NCBI GenBank assembly: GCA_963676915.2
Contig: CAXXVK010000072.1
Coordinates: forward strand, 1 to 64,000
Direction: 5' to 3'
DNA from: Myxococcota bacterium
GTDB taxonomy: Bacteria; Myxococcota_A; SURF-8; G963663525
Length of the DNA stretch: 64,000 bases
The notes beneath the pieces were generated by a model, which was not told the DNA's origin, did no database searches, and was given only the letters and a program-made list of their open reading frames with translations. Position numbers and translations under genes: made by a program. Below, piece after piece: positions 20,801 through 30,097 of the stretch. Every line of letters starts with the position of its first letter. The first letter of the stretch is position 1.

Positions 20801-21458
20801 GATTGTGAAAATTCGTGAAATAATCGGACGAAACGTGCTCGAAATCCTGGATATCGAGCAGGTCGTGCCCGTTTTCGAGGAAGGTTCCATAAGGAGCGAG
20901 TCCCATGACTTTGCCTTGGCCGAATTCACCGAAGCCCAGTTGGTGGCTGATGTTTTCGTAGACGCCACCGATGCGCACCGGATCTTTGCCAATGGCCCGC
21001 CGTCGCTCGATGCGTCCCGAATGGCCATGGAAGAAAACAGCCGTGTCGTTGTCGCCCATAGCATCGACGGTCAGGATGTTGGATTCATCGAAACCCGAGG
21101 CATAATAGGCACTTGCAGCGTGTCCGAGATGGTGTTCGCCGAAGCGTTCCTCTTCGTGCAGGTCGGAATGCACGGGCGGGTTCGGAAGTGGTGGGGGAGA
21201 GACGATTTCCCTCCCCATGTGTCGGTAGATGTCCTCGCGGGAAAGCTGCCCAACAACAAGGTGGACATCGTCCAGCGTGATTCCCGCCGTAGCGAGACAG
21301 CTTTCGACGGCGCGTTTCGGGAATCCTCCGTAATGTTTGATGCGGATGAAGCGTTCCTCATCGGCTGCCGCCACCAACTCCCCGTTTTTTATGAGGCAAG
21401 CGGCGCTGTCCTTGTCGAACAGGTTCAAACCGAGAATGAATAGCGGGCTGAGGCTCAT
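17877..21458 (-). CDS. CmcH/NodU-family O-carbamoyltransferase fused to two extra C-terminal domains
   Basis: EERFIRIKH, HHLGHAASAY, WFQGRMEWGPRALGNRS, LNTSFN; about 660 further residues including ELLDYPRCCVEFF; ATG overlaps the upstream stop (ATGA). Confidence 0.85.
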   Translation of the reverse strand: MSLSPLFILGLNLFDKDSAACLIKNGELVAAADEERFIRIKHYGGFPKRAVESCLATAGITLDDVHLVVGQLSREDIYRHMGREIVSPPPLPNPPVHSDLHEEERFGEHHLGHAASAYYASGFDESNILTVDAMGDNDTAVFFHGHSGRIERRRAIGKDPVRIGGVYENISHQLGFGEFGQGKVMGLAPYGTFLENGHDLLDIQDFEHVSSDYFTNFHNRFRAIRRTPSEPIRPEHQNLAATLQNAFEESILRLVRLAYEETGSENLCLAGGVFLNCSLNGRIARLPFVRRLFIQPNAADPGTALGLAWRAAWVHGQTIQPMKHAAWGPKFSENDIEQVLDNAAKKHLVDFERLDDPARDAAEHIARGEVIGWFQGRMEWGPRALGNRSLLADPRKTENRDGVNRLKGRESWRPLAPSVLMERADEWFSDWRPSRFMLIAFDTRPEKRTIVPAITHVDGSARPQGVERDVLPLYHRLIEHFEHLTDVPMVLNTSFNHRNEPIVTTPAQAVASFLHMGLDALVIGPYLVRPDRETQARRFPPLRFCEKRNDELGVIDELTRQQGVLKDDGATLHVAELRTCFEALDDLVEDLPQNHRLALVGDALAPSWQWQQVVEISKENNLDTRWFSPALADPHTLRFIEESRKQRLGNLLELTFVRDARPIEVLDRYYDAFTYHDLTMIDRFLHEDLAVLSSLGFETPDEIRTYGDGNDLRLACLRTDLRFGPLPVHLHYGQAEHRGNQDWVEARFERGTLRLSRPPEGVFSLTLRVSHNAKPLRIAEIPATETLASDIARWGRQTPHKPGFSPKQAATLADVREKILDDIFKRRNRADIAAIENPELETAFHEENQALAWERYLAGACRVDPGSHPVNTKDPFEDSQRVPLFTDWIDLNTALFEAGALPAATFENRDARQIEDILHRAEKAGVHAETGEHFDLDNHMRRIPGTRFATAFIAREAQVAKELSQLEKRSAETLNRREQEAVIRRTGELLDYPRCCVEFFIRAENQDVSALFKNATARNTRTEALWPCNNFLPHRLIGHFPHSYGCEATAKMAQRHLDALRRFLPTKLPEIVPKKYRTNEGLQGLLDNLDKHLKWPILYWDFFRYLVFDGEPEGNTIRYRQVLTFHDFGSHERRDRRFSTAALRCFHADIVQTIRQANRVEILPDRLELFRDEKHVKTLKLDPGHRCIALKWS

Positions 21459-21703
21459 TCGTCGATATCCACCCATTCGTTATTCGTAAACAGGAATGCT
21501 TTTCCTTCTTCCTCGTTGAAAACGACCATGCCTTCCTCCGGGTCGGTGTAGAGCCAGCGTTCGCCGTCCCATTCGGCGATGCCGTTGGGATGAGACGCCC
21601 ATTCGCCGGTCGGTCGGTCGAGAATCCCTATCCGAAGTCCTTTGACGGGATGGGGTACCGGGTCGTTGTCGTCGCGAACCACGGGAGGATGGGTTTGTTT
21701 CAT
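21455..21703 (-). CDS. Small DUF2793-like protein
   Basis: P-P-G...TGEWASH...IAEWDGERW...PEEG...W pattern; GAGG RBS; translationally coupled to the carbamoyltransferase. Confidence 0.7.
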   Translation of the reverse strand: MKQTHPPVVRDDNDPVPHPVKGLRIGILDRPTGEWASHPNGIAEWDGERWLYTDPEEGMVVFNEEEGKAFLFTNNEWVDIDE

Positions 21704-21970
21704 GTTCAACCTCGATAACCAAATAATTTACCGATAATTTCCTCAATAAAAGTTCAAAAAAGACAGAACTTGGTTCATGTCGGGTTTTTTCGTTTGCCGA
21801 AAAGTTTTACATGCTCAATTTCGATACAGATTACAAAAATATGGACATTTCTACTCGTATCTCTACAATATCTACAAAAATACAGTATCAAAAACTTCGG
21901 CGTTCGCCTATCGAATGAAGAAAAACAGAGTATTTTAGTGTCCGAGAACCCATGAGGGAAAGGAAAAGGC

Positions 21971-23180
21971 ATGTTTTGCAATAGGATGAGGAATCTTCTT
22001 CTAGCGGTATGTTTGGTCGTGTTTGCAAATGCTTGCGGCTCGGGACACCATGCAGTTGGGATTCGATCAGGACAACCAGCCCGGTAAAGGCGAAGGCCTG
22101 GCCGCAGTGACGGTCAAGTTGGATCAACTGGAAAAAGCGGCGAAAATCAATCCTCGGGCGTATATACGACCCATGGATATCGTCCGTTTGGAAATCGTGG
22201 TGCAACCCGCCGATGTGACGGACGAATTGGACTATGTGGAAGAAACCAAAATGTTCGCCGGAATGATTGTGGTGGCCGCTGGAAGCCAGATTTTCACCGC
22301 CAACGGGTACAATGCGAGCAATGAAATTGTGGCTCAGGGAAGCGCCAACGCCGAAATTATCGCCAACCAGACCGCTTCGGTATCGATCGAATTGATCGAT
22401 ATTACAGGCGATTTGCCCGATCCCAATTACGGTCCGATCATTCTTTCCATGACGCTTTCCAACAACAATCCTCGGGTAGGAGAGACCATCGATGTGTCCG
22501 TTACCGCCCAAGACCCGGATGGCGATACGTTGACGTATCTGTGGGAGCACGATTGCAGCGATGCCGCATTTGACGATCCCACCGCCGCTTCGACAACCTG
22601 GAGCAGTCAGGCTGAAGAAGCCTGTACATTGACCGTCACGGTCACGGCGGGTGGATTGTCGGATTCCGAAGATATGGACGTCGTGGTGTTTCCGAATTCC
22701 AACGAAACGGGGGCGGCTCAGGTTACGGCGGAATATTATCCCAACCCGATGATCTATCGATACTATATCGAACCTGATGGAGATTCTACACGCTTGTGTG
22801 ATTACGATTACGACCTGTATTCGTGGTTGCTGGGTTATGGATGGGTCGATCCTCCCGAACAGGTTCGCAGCGAATACGATGGTACCTGCGATCAAGAATT
22901 TGCATTGGATACGAGTTATGAAATTGTTGTTCGCGTAGCAGGAAATTTCAATGACTACGAAGCGACGGTGGAAATCGAAGACGATTGTGGAGGGATGTTT
23001 TATAACCAATCCGATTACAGTACATCCTGTGACTGGCCTTATGGAACATGTAACAAGCGCATTAATTGGGATTGGCTAAGCCCGAGCACTCCGGCTGTGT
23101 GCACGTTGACCGCTACGTTGACGGCTTACGAGCTTCAGGACACGCTGTCGTTCGTGATTCCGGTTGGGTATTCCGACTGA
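21971..23180 (+). CDS. Lipoprotein with Ig/PKD/cadherin-like domains (apparent frameshift at 22042-22044)
   Basis: Signal MFCNRMRNLLLAVCLVVFANAC lies in a different frame from the body (AQDPDGDTLTYLW); removing one G from ggg joins them. Confidence 0.7.
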
Positions 23181-23191
23181 GGTTTCAATTG

Positions 23192-23235
23192 AAAAGCGGA
23201 TTCGGAGGTTTCTTTATCCGAATCCGCTTTTTTTT
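23192..23235 (+). terminator. Intrinsic terminator
   Basis: aaaagcggattcgga...tccgaatccgc followed by a T-run. Confidence 0.8.
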
Positions 23236-23246
23236 AATGGAAAAAG

Positions 23247-23582
23247 ATGAGTGATATCCGGGTGATATTCAGCACGGCACCCGATAGGGACACCGCCGAA
23301 ACCATAGCCTCGCGACTTGTCGAAGATCGCCTGGCGGCTTGCGTGCAACTGGTTCCGGGACTGACATCCGTGTATCGCTGGCAGGGAGAGATTCACAAAG
23401 ACCCGGAAATTCTGCTGATTATCAAGACTCGCGCAGAGCTTGTTCCTAAAACACTGAAAACCCTTGAAAATCTACACCCTTACGAGGTGCCGGAAGGCGT
23501 CGTGCTCGACGTGGCGGACGGTCTTCCCGCGTTCCTGCAATGGGTGGTGCAGGAAACGCAAGATCCCGAAAAAATTGAATAA
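23247..23582 (+). CDS. cutA: Divalent-cation tolerance protein CutA
   Basis: LVEDRLAACV, SVYRWQG, HPYEVPE. Confidence 0.93.
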   Translation: MSDIRVIFSTAPDRDTAETIASRLVEDRLAACVQLVPGLTSVYRWQGEIHKDPEILLIIKTRAELVPKTLKTLENLHPYEVPEGVVLDVADGLPAFLQWVVQETQDPEKIE

Positions 23583-23588
23583 TTTTGG

Positions 23589-23978
23589 TTATAGCTCGCC
23601 GATCAGCGGCAGAACCTTTTCGACCTTGAAATAAACGAGGGTGCTGTCTTTGCCTTTGTAGCGGTCGTAAAGATCCTGGCTGCGTTTCATGCGTAGCGAG
23701 TCGATCAACTCAATGTTGTTTTCTTCGCCGCTTTTCTTCAAATACAGCCGTTTTCCTTTGTAGCCGTGGCCGTCTTCGATGAAAAGATAGGTGGCGTTGG
23801 GATTTTTTCCTACGTTGTCGTAGCTTTTCTTGGCTCGCATGACGAAGGCTACCGTTTCTTCATCAATGATGTGCGGTCGGGAATAAATCGCCGCATTGGT
23901 TTCACCGGAGGCGTCGGCGGTCGCCAGAATTCCTTTTCCCTGAGTATCCGTGAAATATTGGTCCAAATTGTGAGTCAT
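23589..23978 (-). CDS. Pyridoxamine 5'-phosphate oxidase-like FMN-binding protein
   Basis: GILATADASGETNAAIYSRP...NPNA; GGAG RBS. Confidence 0.8.
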   Translation of the reverse strand: MTHNLDQYFTDTQGKGILATADASGETNAAIYSRPHIIDEETVAFVMRAKKSYDNVGKNPNATYLFIEDGHGYKGKRLYLKKSGEENNIELIDSLRMKRSQDLYDRYKGKDSTLVYFKVEKVLPLIGEL

Positions 23979-24016
23979 CGTGTTCTCCTGGGTTGTCGTG
24001 TTAAACATTCCTAACT

Positions 24017-24044
24017 AAGATAAAACCTCTTTACCTCTTGTCAA
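24017..24044 (-). promoter_or_regulatory. Sigma70-type promoter
   Basis: TTGACA-16 nt-TATCTT upstream of the FMN-binding gene. Confidence 0.5.
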
Positions 24045-24174
24045 CCGTCCGTCGAAAATCTTATCTTGCAGGCGTCTAACTCGTAACGGTGGAGGTGTTT
24101 GGTCACAATATTGCCGTTTTGGGGCGGCTTTGATACACTGCCTGCCGTTCGTTTTGCAACTTGTGAGGAAGACT

Positions 24175-25974
24175 ATGCGTGGATTCATCGTTTGCTTTCA
24201 TTGGTACTGTTTCTTCTGCCCGGTGTGGTTCTGGCCGACTGCGCCAGCCCGGCTCCCGGTGCATCCTGCCGATTCAAGGCACGGGATTACAGCACCGGTG
24301 GTGCGGCGGATGTAGAGATCGACGCCACCTGTCGCCGCGTAGGTTCGTATAGTTACCTGTATGTGGCGGATGACGTGACGTTGAGCGAATCGCAACTCGA
24401 CGAATTCAAAGACGCTTTCGAAACCGGATGGAGCGGAAAAGAAGCGATTTACGAGGGGATCGGTAGCCGTGTGGGATATGCCCCGGACGTGAACGACTTC
24501 GATCAGAAAGTGTACATTCTCGTACACGATTTCAAAAATCTGATCCCCGGAAAGGTGTTGTCGTACTTCCGACCGGAAGATGTCACCCGCAACGATCCCA
24601 ACGGAAATGACAAGGAAGTGCTGTTCGTCGATACGAGTTCACAAACGCCTTTGTTCGATATCAGTGGCGAACTGAGTGAAAAGCACCTGAGTTGGATGGC
24701 TTATTCTTTGTGCGAAATGACGGGGTATGTCTCCGATCCCTCGGAAGAAGCCTGGGTGGTGGATTCCATTTGTCGCGCAGCTACTTACCTAGCCGGTCAT
24801 ACATCGCCGTTTTTTCCGGGAAGTCAGTGATTTCGCGGACTACCCGGCCTTTCCTCTGCTCGGACGCGATGACGAGTTGGACCACGGTGCGACCCTGCTT
24901 TGGGGGTTGTATCTGTACGACAGTTTCGGACAGGGACAAGCTACCGATATTCTCGATTTCTGGCTCAACGGGTCCGCTCAGGGTATCGAAGGTTTCGAGT
25001 CGGTGCTGCGCCTTACCGACCAGGAGAATCCCACGTTCGGATACGAACTGCATCAATGGGTGCAATACAATTTTATCGGTAAGGAACCATACGACTATCT
25101 GTCCGCTCCTGTTCCGGTGTTCAGTCCGACCGTGATTCAGGAACATCCCAAGGAAAAAATGATCTCCGTGTCTTCCTTCGGTGGCCAGTCCGTAAAAATC
25201 AATGTGGCGGATGTCGGCGACGATCCGTTGGAAATCGTGCTTTCGGTGGAAGACCACGCTGGGTTGAAAGCTTCGTACTGGATCGATCGGGGCGTGAATC
25301 CGCAGAAGAACGAAATGGTGGATATCGAGTGGTCCATGACGGATGAGCCCGTAAAGCTGACGTTGACCAATCTGTCGGGTGCCGCAACCGTGCGGTTGTT
25401 TTTCTCGTATGCCGCACCGGGCGATTACAAGGAAGTCACCGTCAACACGCGAATCGTGACCGACGAACCGGTGGATGGCGATTCGGATGAGGAAATCGTG
25501 GAAACCGTAGAGGAAGAGATCGAGGAAACGTCGGTTCCTGGCGACGAAGACGATCCGGCCGAGACGGCGGATGAGGAAAACGCTTCAAGCGGTACGTATT
25601 CCTGCAAAGAAATCGCTCTTTGTGTGGAAGATTGCCTGCAAGCGATCTGTTACGAACGATGTCGCGAACGGGGCCGCTTGGATCAGCAGGAACTCTGGGA
25701 TCAATACAATGCCTGTCTGCAAGGCGATGCGCCCAACCCCACCGGAACGAACTGTCTGGCGATTACCGACAAGGAAGACCGCGCCTATTGCATTTACAAA
25801 AACTGTAATTCATTGGCTGAATCCTGCGAACCGGATTCCACCGGCATCGTGGAGAAAGAAAAAACCGGTTCTTCCAGTTGCCGTGAAACAGGTGCAGGGC
25901 TTGGAGCGGGTCTTTCGGCGTTGTTGCTGAGTTTGTTGGTGCTTTATCGCCGGAAACGGTCGAACGTTCGTTGA
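24175..25974 (+). CDS. Surface protein with a degenerate M30/M6-like peptidase domain and MYXO-CTERM-like anchor (apparent frameshifts near 24180 and 24818)
   Basis: ORFs 24099-24830 and 24877-25974 join if one base is removed at ggg 24818-24820; C-terminus SSSC...LLLSLLVLYRRKR; start uncertain. Confidence 0.65.
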
Positions 25975-25995
25975 GGAGGACTGATCTTTAATCCT

Positions 25996-26901
25996 TTGAA
26001 ACAACTGGTGATTTTATCGTTTATTTTGCTTGCCGCATCGGCTTGTGACGGGTCGAAAACAAACGAGCCGATGCAGGGACCGGAGTTCAAGGCGAATTTC
26101 GACGAACCCGAACCCGGCGGGCACGCGCATTTCAACCGTTCGATCTCGTTGCCCGGTTTTTCTCCTCCTATCGTGGCTCATCAGTCCAAACAGTCTCTGG
26201 TGTTACGTTTTCCCGAACTGAAGCGTGAACGTGGCTTCAGCGCTCATGCCTATATCGTTGTGTGCAAGGAGACCGGTCAGGCTCTGGTGATCGATCCCGG
26301 CGCGGAGCAACTTCCGATACTCGAACTGTGGATACGGGAAAAGCGGCCCAAGGTCGTTGGTATTGCCGTGACTCACGCTCATTTCGATCATGCGGCCGGA
26401 GCAGGGGTACTTCAACAAAATCTGGGAGGCGTGCCGATCTGGTGCGGTGAGGCGGACAGCCCATGGATGGCGCGCCTCGACGAAGGGGCGCGGAAAGTGG
26501 GACTGCGTAGCCAGCCTGCGCCGGCCTGTAACAGGACGTTCAAGGGCGGAGAGTTGATCGAACTGGGGGGAACTCAGTCTCGCCGTGTTGTCTGTTCCGG
26601 GTCATACCGTTGGTTCGGTAGCGTATATGTTGATCGACGAAAAGTGTTGTTCGGGGGAGATACCCTGTTTTTCGACTCCGTCGGGCGAACCGATCTTCCT
26701 GGAAACGCAGGGCAGGAACGGTTGTTTACATCGATTTCGGAACAGTTGTTGCCGTTACCGGACGACACCCTCGTGCTTCCCGGACATGGCAAAGTTTTTC
26801 ATCTGTTCCAGGCGAAAAAGAAAAATCCTTATCTTCGATCGATTATCAAACATTATGACCGCCTGGTTCCCACACCTCCCTCGGGTGATGTCCCTCCGTA
26901 A
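25996..26901 (+). CDS. Lipoprotein MBL-fold (glyoxalase II-like) metallo-hydrolase
   Basis: AASAC lipobox, THAHFDH, GGDTLF, GRTDLPG, LPGHG; PGHT motif displaced into another frame by compensating indels. Confidence 0.85.
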   Translation: MKQLVILSFILLAASACDGSKTNEPMQGPEFKANFDEPEPGGHAHFNRSISLPGFSPPIVAHQSKQSLVLRFPELKRERGFSAHAYIVVCKETGQALVIDPGAEQLPILELWIREKRPKVVGIAVTHAHFDHAAGAGVLQQNLGGVPIWCGEADSPWMARLDEGARKVGLRSQPAPACNRTFKGGELIELGGTQSRRVVCSGSYRWFGSVYVDRRKVLFGGDTLFFDSVGRTDLPGNAGQERLFTSISEQLLPLPDDTLVLPGHGKVFHLFQAKKKNPYLRSIIKHYDRLVPTPPSGDVPP

Positions 26902-26921
26902 TAAGGGTGAAAGGTGAAACA

Positions 26922-26953
26922 AGAAAAACCGCCCCCGGAGGAGCGGCTTTTCG
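26922..26953. terminator. Probable bidirectional terminator
   Basis: gaaaaaccgc-ccccggaggag-cggcttttc between convergent genes. Confidence 0.55.
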
Positions 26954-26979
26954 TTATTCTGAGGGAAAATGAAAAATTT

Positions 26980-29745
26980 TCAATCGTCGGGTAGGCATTT
27001 TCCTGCGTCGCAGTGATAGTTCCACGGACATTCATCGGTAATGCCACCTTCGACACAGGCTCGGCACAGACCTTCCACCAGATCGCAGATCGGTGCTTCC
27101 GAATCCGCTCCCAACGGACAATCGTGTTGGGCGTCGCATTCGGAGCAGCGTCCTCCCATGCAGACCGGCATGTCGGGATTGTCACGGGCGCACTGGTCGT
27201 CGTTGGTGCAGCCTGTGCAACCGTAAACGCCTGAAACATCAGCACAAATCTTTCGCTCGTCAGCACAGAGCAGCGCCGTATCGGGATCTTCCGTGGTAGC
27301 GGGTACACAGACGACGCATTTGCCGTTTGCCGTATCACAGATCGGCGTGTCGCTACCGCCTTCGTCACGGGCGCACTGCGCGTGCTCGGTGCAGCTGATC
27401 GAAACGCAGGCGTTATCGGTGCAGGTTTCGTCCGAATCGCAGGCTCCCGGATCGTTTTCTGAACAAGCCACGCATTCCATATTGACGCAGACCGGATTCA
27501 GCGGCGAGGTGCAATCCTGGCTGACAAGGCAGTCTACGCAATCGCCGGTGTCGATGTCACAGACCTTGGAGCCGGTGCAATCGTCGGAACTACGGCAACC
27601 TTGTCCCCGGCAGGTATGTGCGGCGGTGCAGACGGCTTCGCATTCGCCATCGACCCCTTCACAGCAATGTTCGTCGGTTACGCAGGCATAGCAGCGTCCC
27701 AATATACGATCGCAATACGGCGTAGGATCGTCGCAGTGGTCGTCGTTGGTGCAGTCCACGCATTTGTCGAACAGCGGGTTGCAGATTTGATCGCCACTGC
27801 ATTGTTGGCTGCATTTGCCGAAGGCAATGGCCCAGGCGTCGTCGCAGTTGGTTTCCGGCGAGGGTTCCAACGTCGGATCGCAGGGATTGTTGCATTCGAG
27901 ATAGACATTGGTTGAATCCAGCAGGGCTTTTTGATCCAGCGCCGCTTCGATGTAGCAATCGTCCTTCAATTCCGGTGTTACGTTGCAACCGTTGCGGTTC
28001 CAGCTATTGTATGTTGTCTCTCGGGCCATTCCGAGGCTTTCGATATACATCATTTCATCATCGCTGGGCTGTTCGCCTTCCTCCAGCAGACCGCAGAGGA
28101 CTTTCAGCGTCCAGTCCATCGAGCAATAGGCGTCTTCCAGCGCCACTTTCGCACCGATCAACTCGTCTCGATCCACTCCGTTGTATCGCAAGTACGGAGC
28201 TTTCGCGGTTTCGCAGGCGTAAGCTTCACCATGATAAAACGGCATCGAGAACTCCACGTCGATAGTGATCGGGAAACGGCCGTACAGTTGCAGGTCGTCT
28301 TCGTCGAATACATCGTTGATGGAGGTTTGCATCGTCAGAGGCGGATGGGTGACGGAAACTTCCAGGTCGTCCATAGCCATACGGACTTCGCCGCCGTGAT
28401 TGGGACAAACGCACTCGCTGCCTTCGCTTCCTTCCGGAGCGGGTTTTACCCAGTATTCCATGCCTACGAGATCGATGGCAGCCTGCTCGAGTTCGGTTTC
28501 GAAAGTCGTCCGATTGACGAAAACGGCAGTGGTCTGGCAGTCCGGCAGCGGATCGCCATCGTCCGGGACGAGGGCGGCGCAGTATTCGGCCACGGAAGCG
28601 TGAACGTTCGTCGGCCAGTCCTCGGGCGGATCGGCGACCGGATCTTCCAAAAACGCCTTGGCGGAGCCGGTAAAGCTGGTGCTGAGATCGAGTGCAATGA
28701 AGAAATTGGGATCGATCAGGTCGCGGGGACCGAAGCCGCTCAGTGACAGTGTGCCGTCCAGCCCGAAGCTACCGTGATCCACATAGGCAGCCTGACCTTC
28801 GGGCATGGGATTCCCGGTGAATTGCACCGCGATTTCCGGGGCCTCGTCCAACGTACCGTCGAGATTGGCGTTGTTGACGGAGTATTGGAACACGCCGCTA
28901 CCGGCTCGCGTCAATCGCAGAGCGCCCGTGAAATAGTAATCGCCCGCCATGACCAGCCGCCAGTCGTTGCGCGGATCGCCGTCCGGGTAGGTGCCGGGTT
29001 CTTGTCCTGCGGGATTGCCTTCGCGGGTGCATTCCGCGCTCCACTGGCTGGTTTCATCCTCGGGGAACGCATAGTCGGCCAACTGTTCGACTTCGGTGTT
29101 TGCTTCCGGCAGCCCGAACACCACGCCGTCGGCTGTGCGGTGAATCAGCATTACACCGCGCAGCCCCGCCATGTTGCCTTTGCAGTGGCAAACGTTGAAA
29201 TCGGCAAGGAAATAGCCGGAATGGCCTTCGATGCGTCGAAGCGCCGGGATGCAGTATTCCAGGTCTTGCAATCGCTGACCCAGTTCCGGGGGATCTTCTT
29301 GCTCGCGGCTCATATTGGCTTCATCGAACAGGGCCCGCACGTCTTCGTGAACCAGGGCTTGCCCGGTTGCGACGATGGCTTTTTCCAGCGGGTCGGCGGC
29401 GTCGATTCCGGGAACGACAGTCACGAGCGAGCCGTTGACTTGCATGGATTCCAGCAGGGCGACCGCAACCTCTTCCTGCTCCGGTTCGCTATCCTCTTCG
29501 ACGGCTTCTTCATCTTCCGTTACCACTTCTTCGTCTTCATCTCCGGGCGTGGTTTCCTCATCACCAGGAGTTGTGTCTTCGTCAGCCGGGGTCGATTCCT
29601 CCTCTTCGGTGGCATCTTCATCCCCCGTAACGGATTCGTTATCTCCGTCGGGGGTGACTCCTTCATCGGAACCTCCGCAGTTCCAGTTTAAAAATGCCAG
29701 ACAAAACATTGCCAACAAGAGCCAGTGTTTTCCCAGTTTTCGCAT
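26980..29745 (-). CDS. Large lipoprotein with acidic repeats and a C-terminal Cys-rich repeat array
   Basis: MRKLGK...NWNC lipobox, GGAGGG RBS, TPGDE repeats, about 10 four-Cys units. Confidence 0.8.
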   Translation of the reverse strand: MRKLGKHWLLLAMFCLAFLNWNCGGSDEGVTPDGDNESVTGDEDATEEEESTPADEDTTPGDEETTPGDEDEEVVTEDEEAVEEDSEPEQEEVAVALLESMQVNGSLVTVVPGIDAADPLEKAIVATGQALVHEDVRALFDEANMSREQEDPPELGQRLQDLEYCIPALRRIEGHSGYFLADFNVCHCKGNMAGLRGVMLIHRTADGVVFGLPEANTEVEQLADYAFPEDETSQWSAECTREGNPAGQEPGTYPDGDPRNDWRLVMAGDYYFTGALRLTRAGSGVFQYSVNNANLDGTLDEAPEIAVQFTGNPMPEGQAAYVDHGSFGLDGTLSLSGFGPRDLIDPNFFIALDLSTSFTGSAKAFLEDPVADPPEDWPTNVHASVAEYCAALVPDDGDPLPDCQTTAVFVNRTTFETELEQAAIDLVGMEYWVKPAPEGSEGSECVCPNHGGEVRMAMDDLEVSVTHPPLTMQTSINDVFDEDDLQLYGRFPITIDVEFSMPFYHGEAYACETAKAPYLRYNGVDRDELIGAKVALEDAYCSMDWTLKVLCGLLEEGEQPSDDEMMYIESLGMARETTYNSWNRNGCNVTPELKDDCYIEAALDQKALLDSTNVYLECNNPCDPTLEPSPETNCDDAWAIAFGKCSQQCSGDQICNPLFDKCVDCTNDDHCDDPTPYCDRILGRCYACVTDEHCCEGVDGECEAVCTAAHTCRGQGCRSSDDCTGSKVCDIDTGDCVDCLVSQDCTSPLNPVCVNMECVACSENDPGACDSDETCTDNACVSISCTEHAQCARDEGGSDTPICDTANGKCVVCVPATTEDPDTALLCADERKICADVSGVYGCTGCTNDDQCARDNPDMPVCMGGRCSECDAQHDCPLGADSEAPICDLVEGLCRACVEGGITDECPWNYHCDAGKCLPDD
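26983..27815 (-). repeat. Protein-level Cys-rich tandem repeats (C-x2-D-x2-C...P-x-C...C)
   Basis: Examples: CTNDDHCDDPTPYCDRILGRC, CLVSQDCTSPLNPVCVNMEC, CTNDDQCARDNPDMPVCMGGRC. Confidence 0.75.
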
Positions 29746-30097
29746 AGTCCCCTCCAAATAATTTCCAGATGAAAAACTTCGAAACCCGTCGAGTCGTGTT
29801 CGTATACAGGTGATGGTTGTATTTCAGGTTGCAGTGTCACATCAGATCATTAGATCGACTCGAACGCCGACTTCTAAAACTTCGACTATGCGAGTTTTTC
29901 GAAAATTCATGCGATTCATCACTTTTTTTCAACGAAATGGTTTTCGAATCGTGAAACGGGACCATGGACGAAAGAAAGCTTTCGTGGTATCAACGGCCCC
30001 GAGACGAGGCTCGCGGACCGGTTCGCATCTGTTTTGTGAAACGACGGTATCGCGCCGGAGTTCGATTCTGGAACGTTTTGGCAGGAAAGTGAAGAAT

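Noticed and set aside
21455-21703. Prophage inferred from DUF2793
   Set aside because: No other phage structural, integrase or replication genes in the window
29525-29660. Short repeats as a possible CRISPR array or VNTR
   Set aside because: In-frame, degenerate coding repeats (TPGDE) with no constant repeat-spacer structure and no cas genes
29760-30097. Possible ncRNA between divergent genes (cgagtcg/cgactcg inverted repeat)
   Set aside because: Only a 7-bp match with a long spacer; no recognisable RNA family
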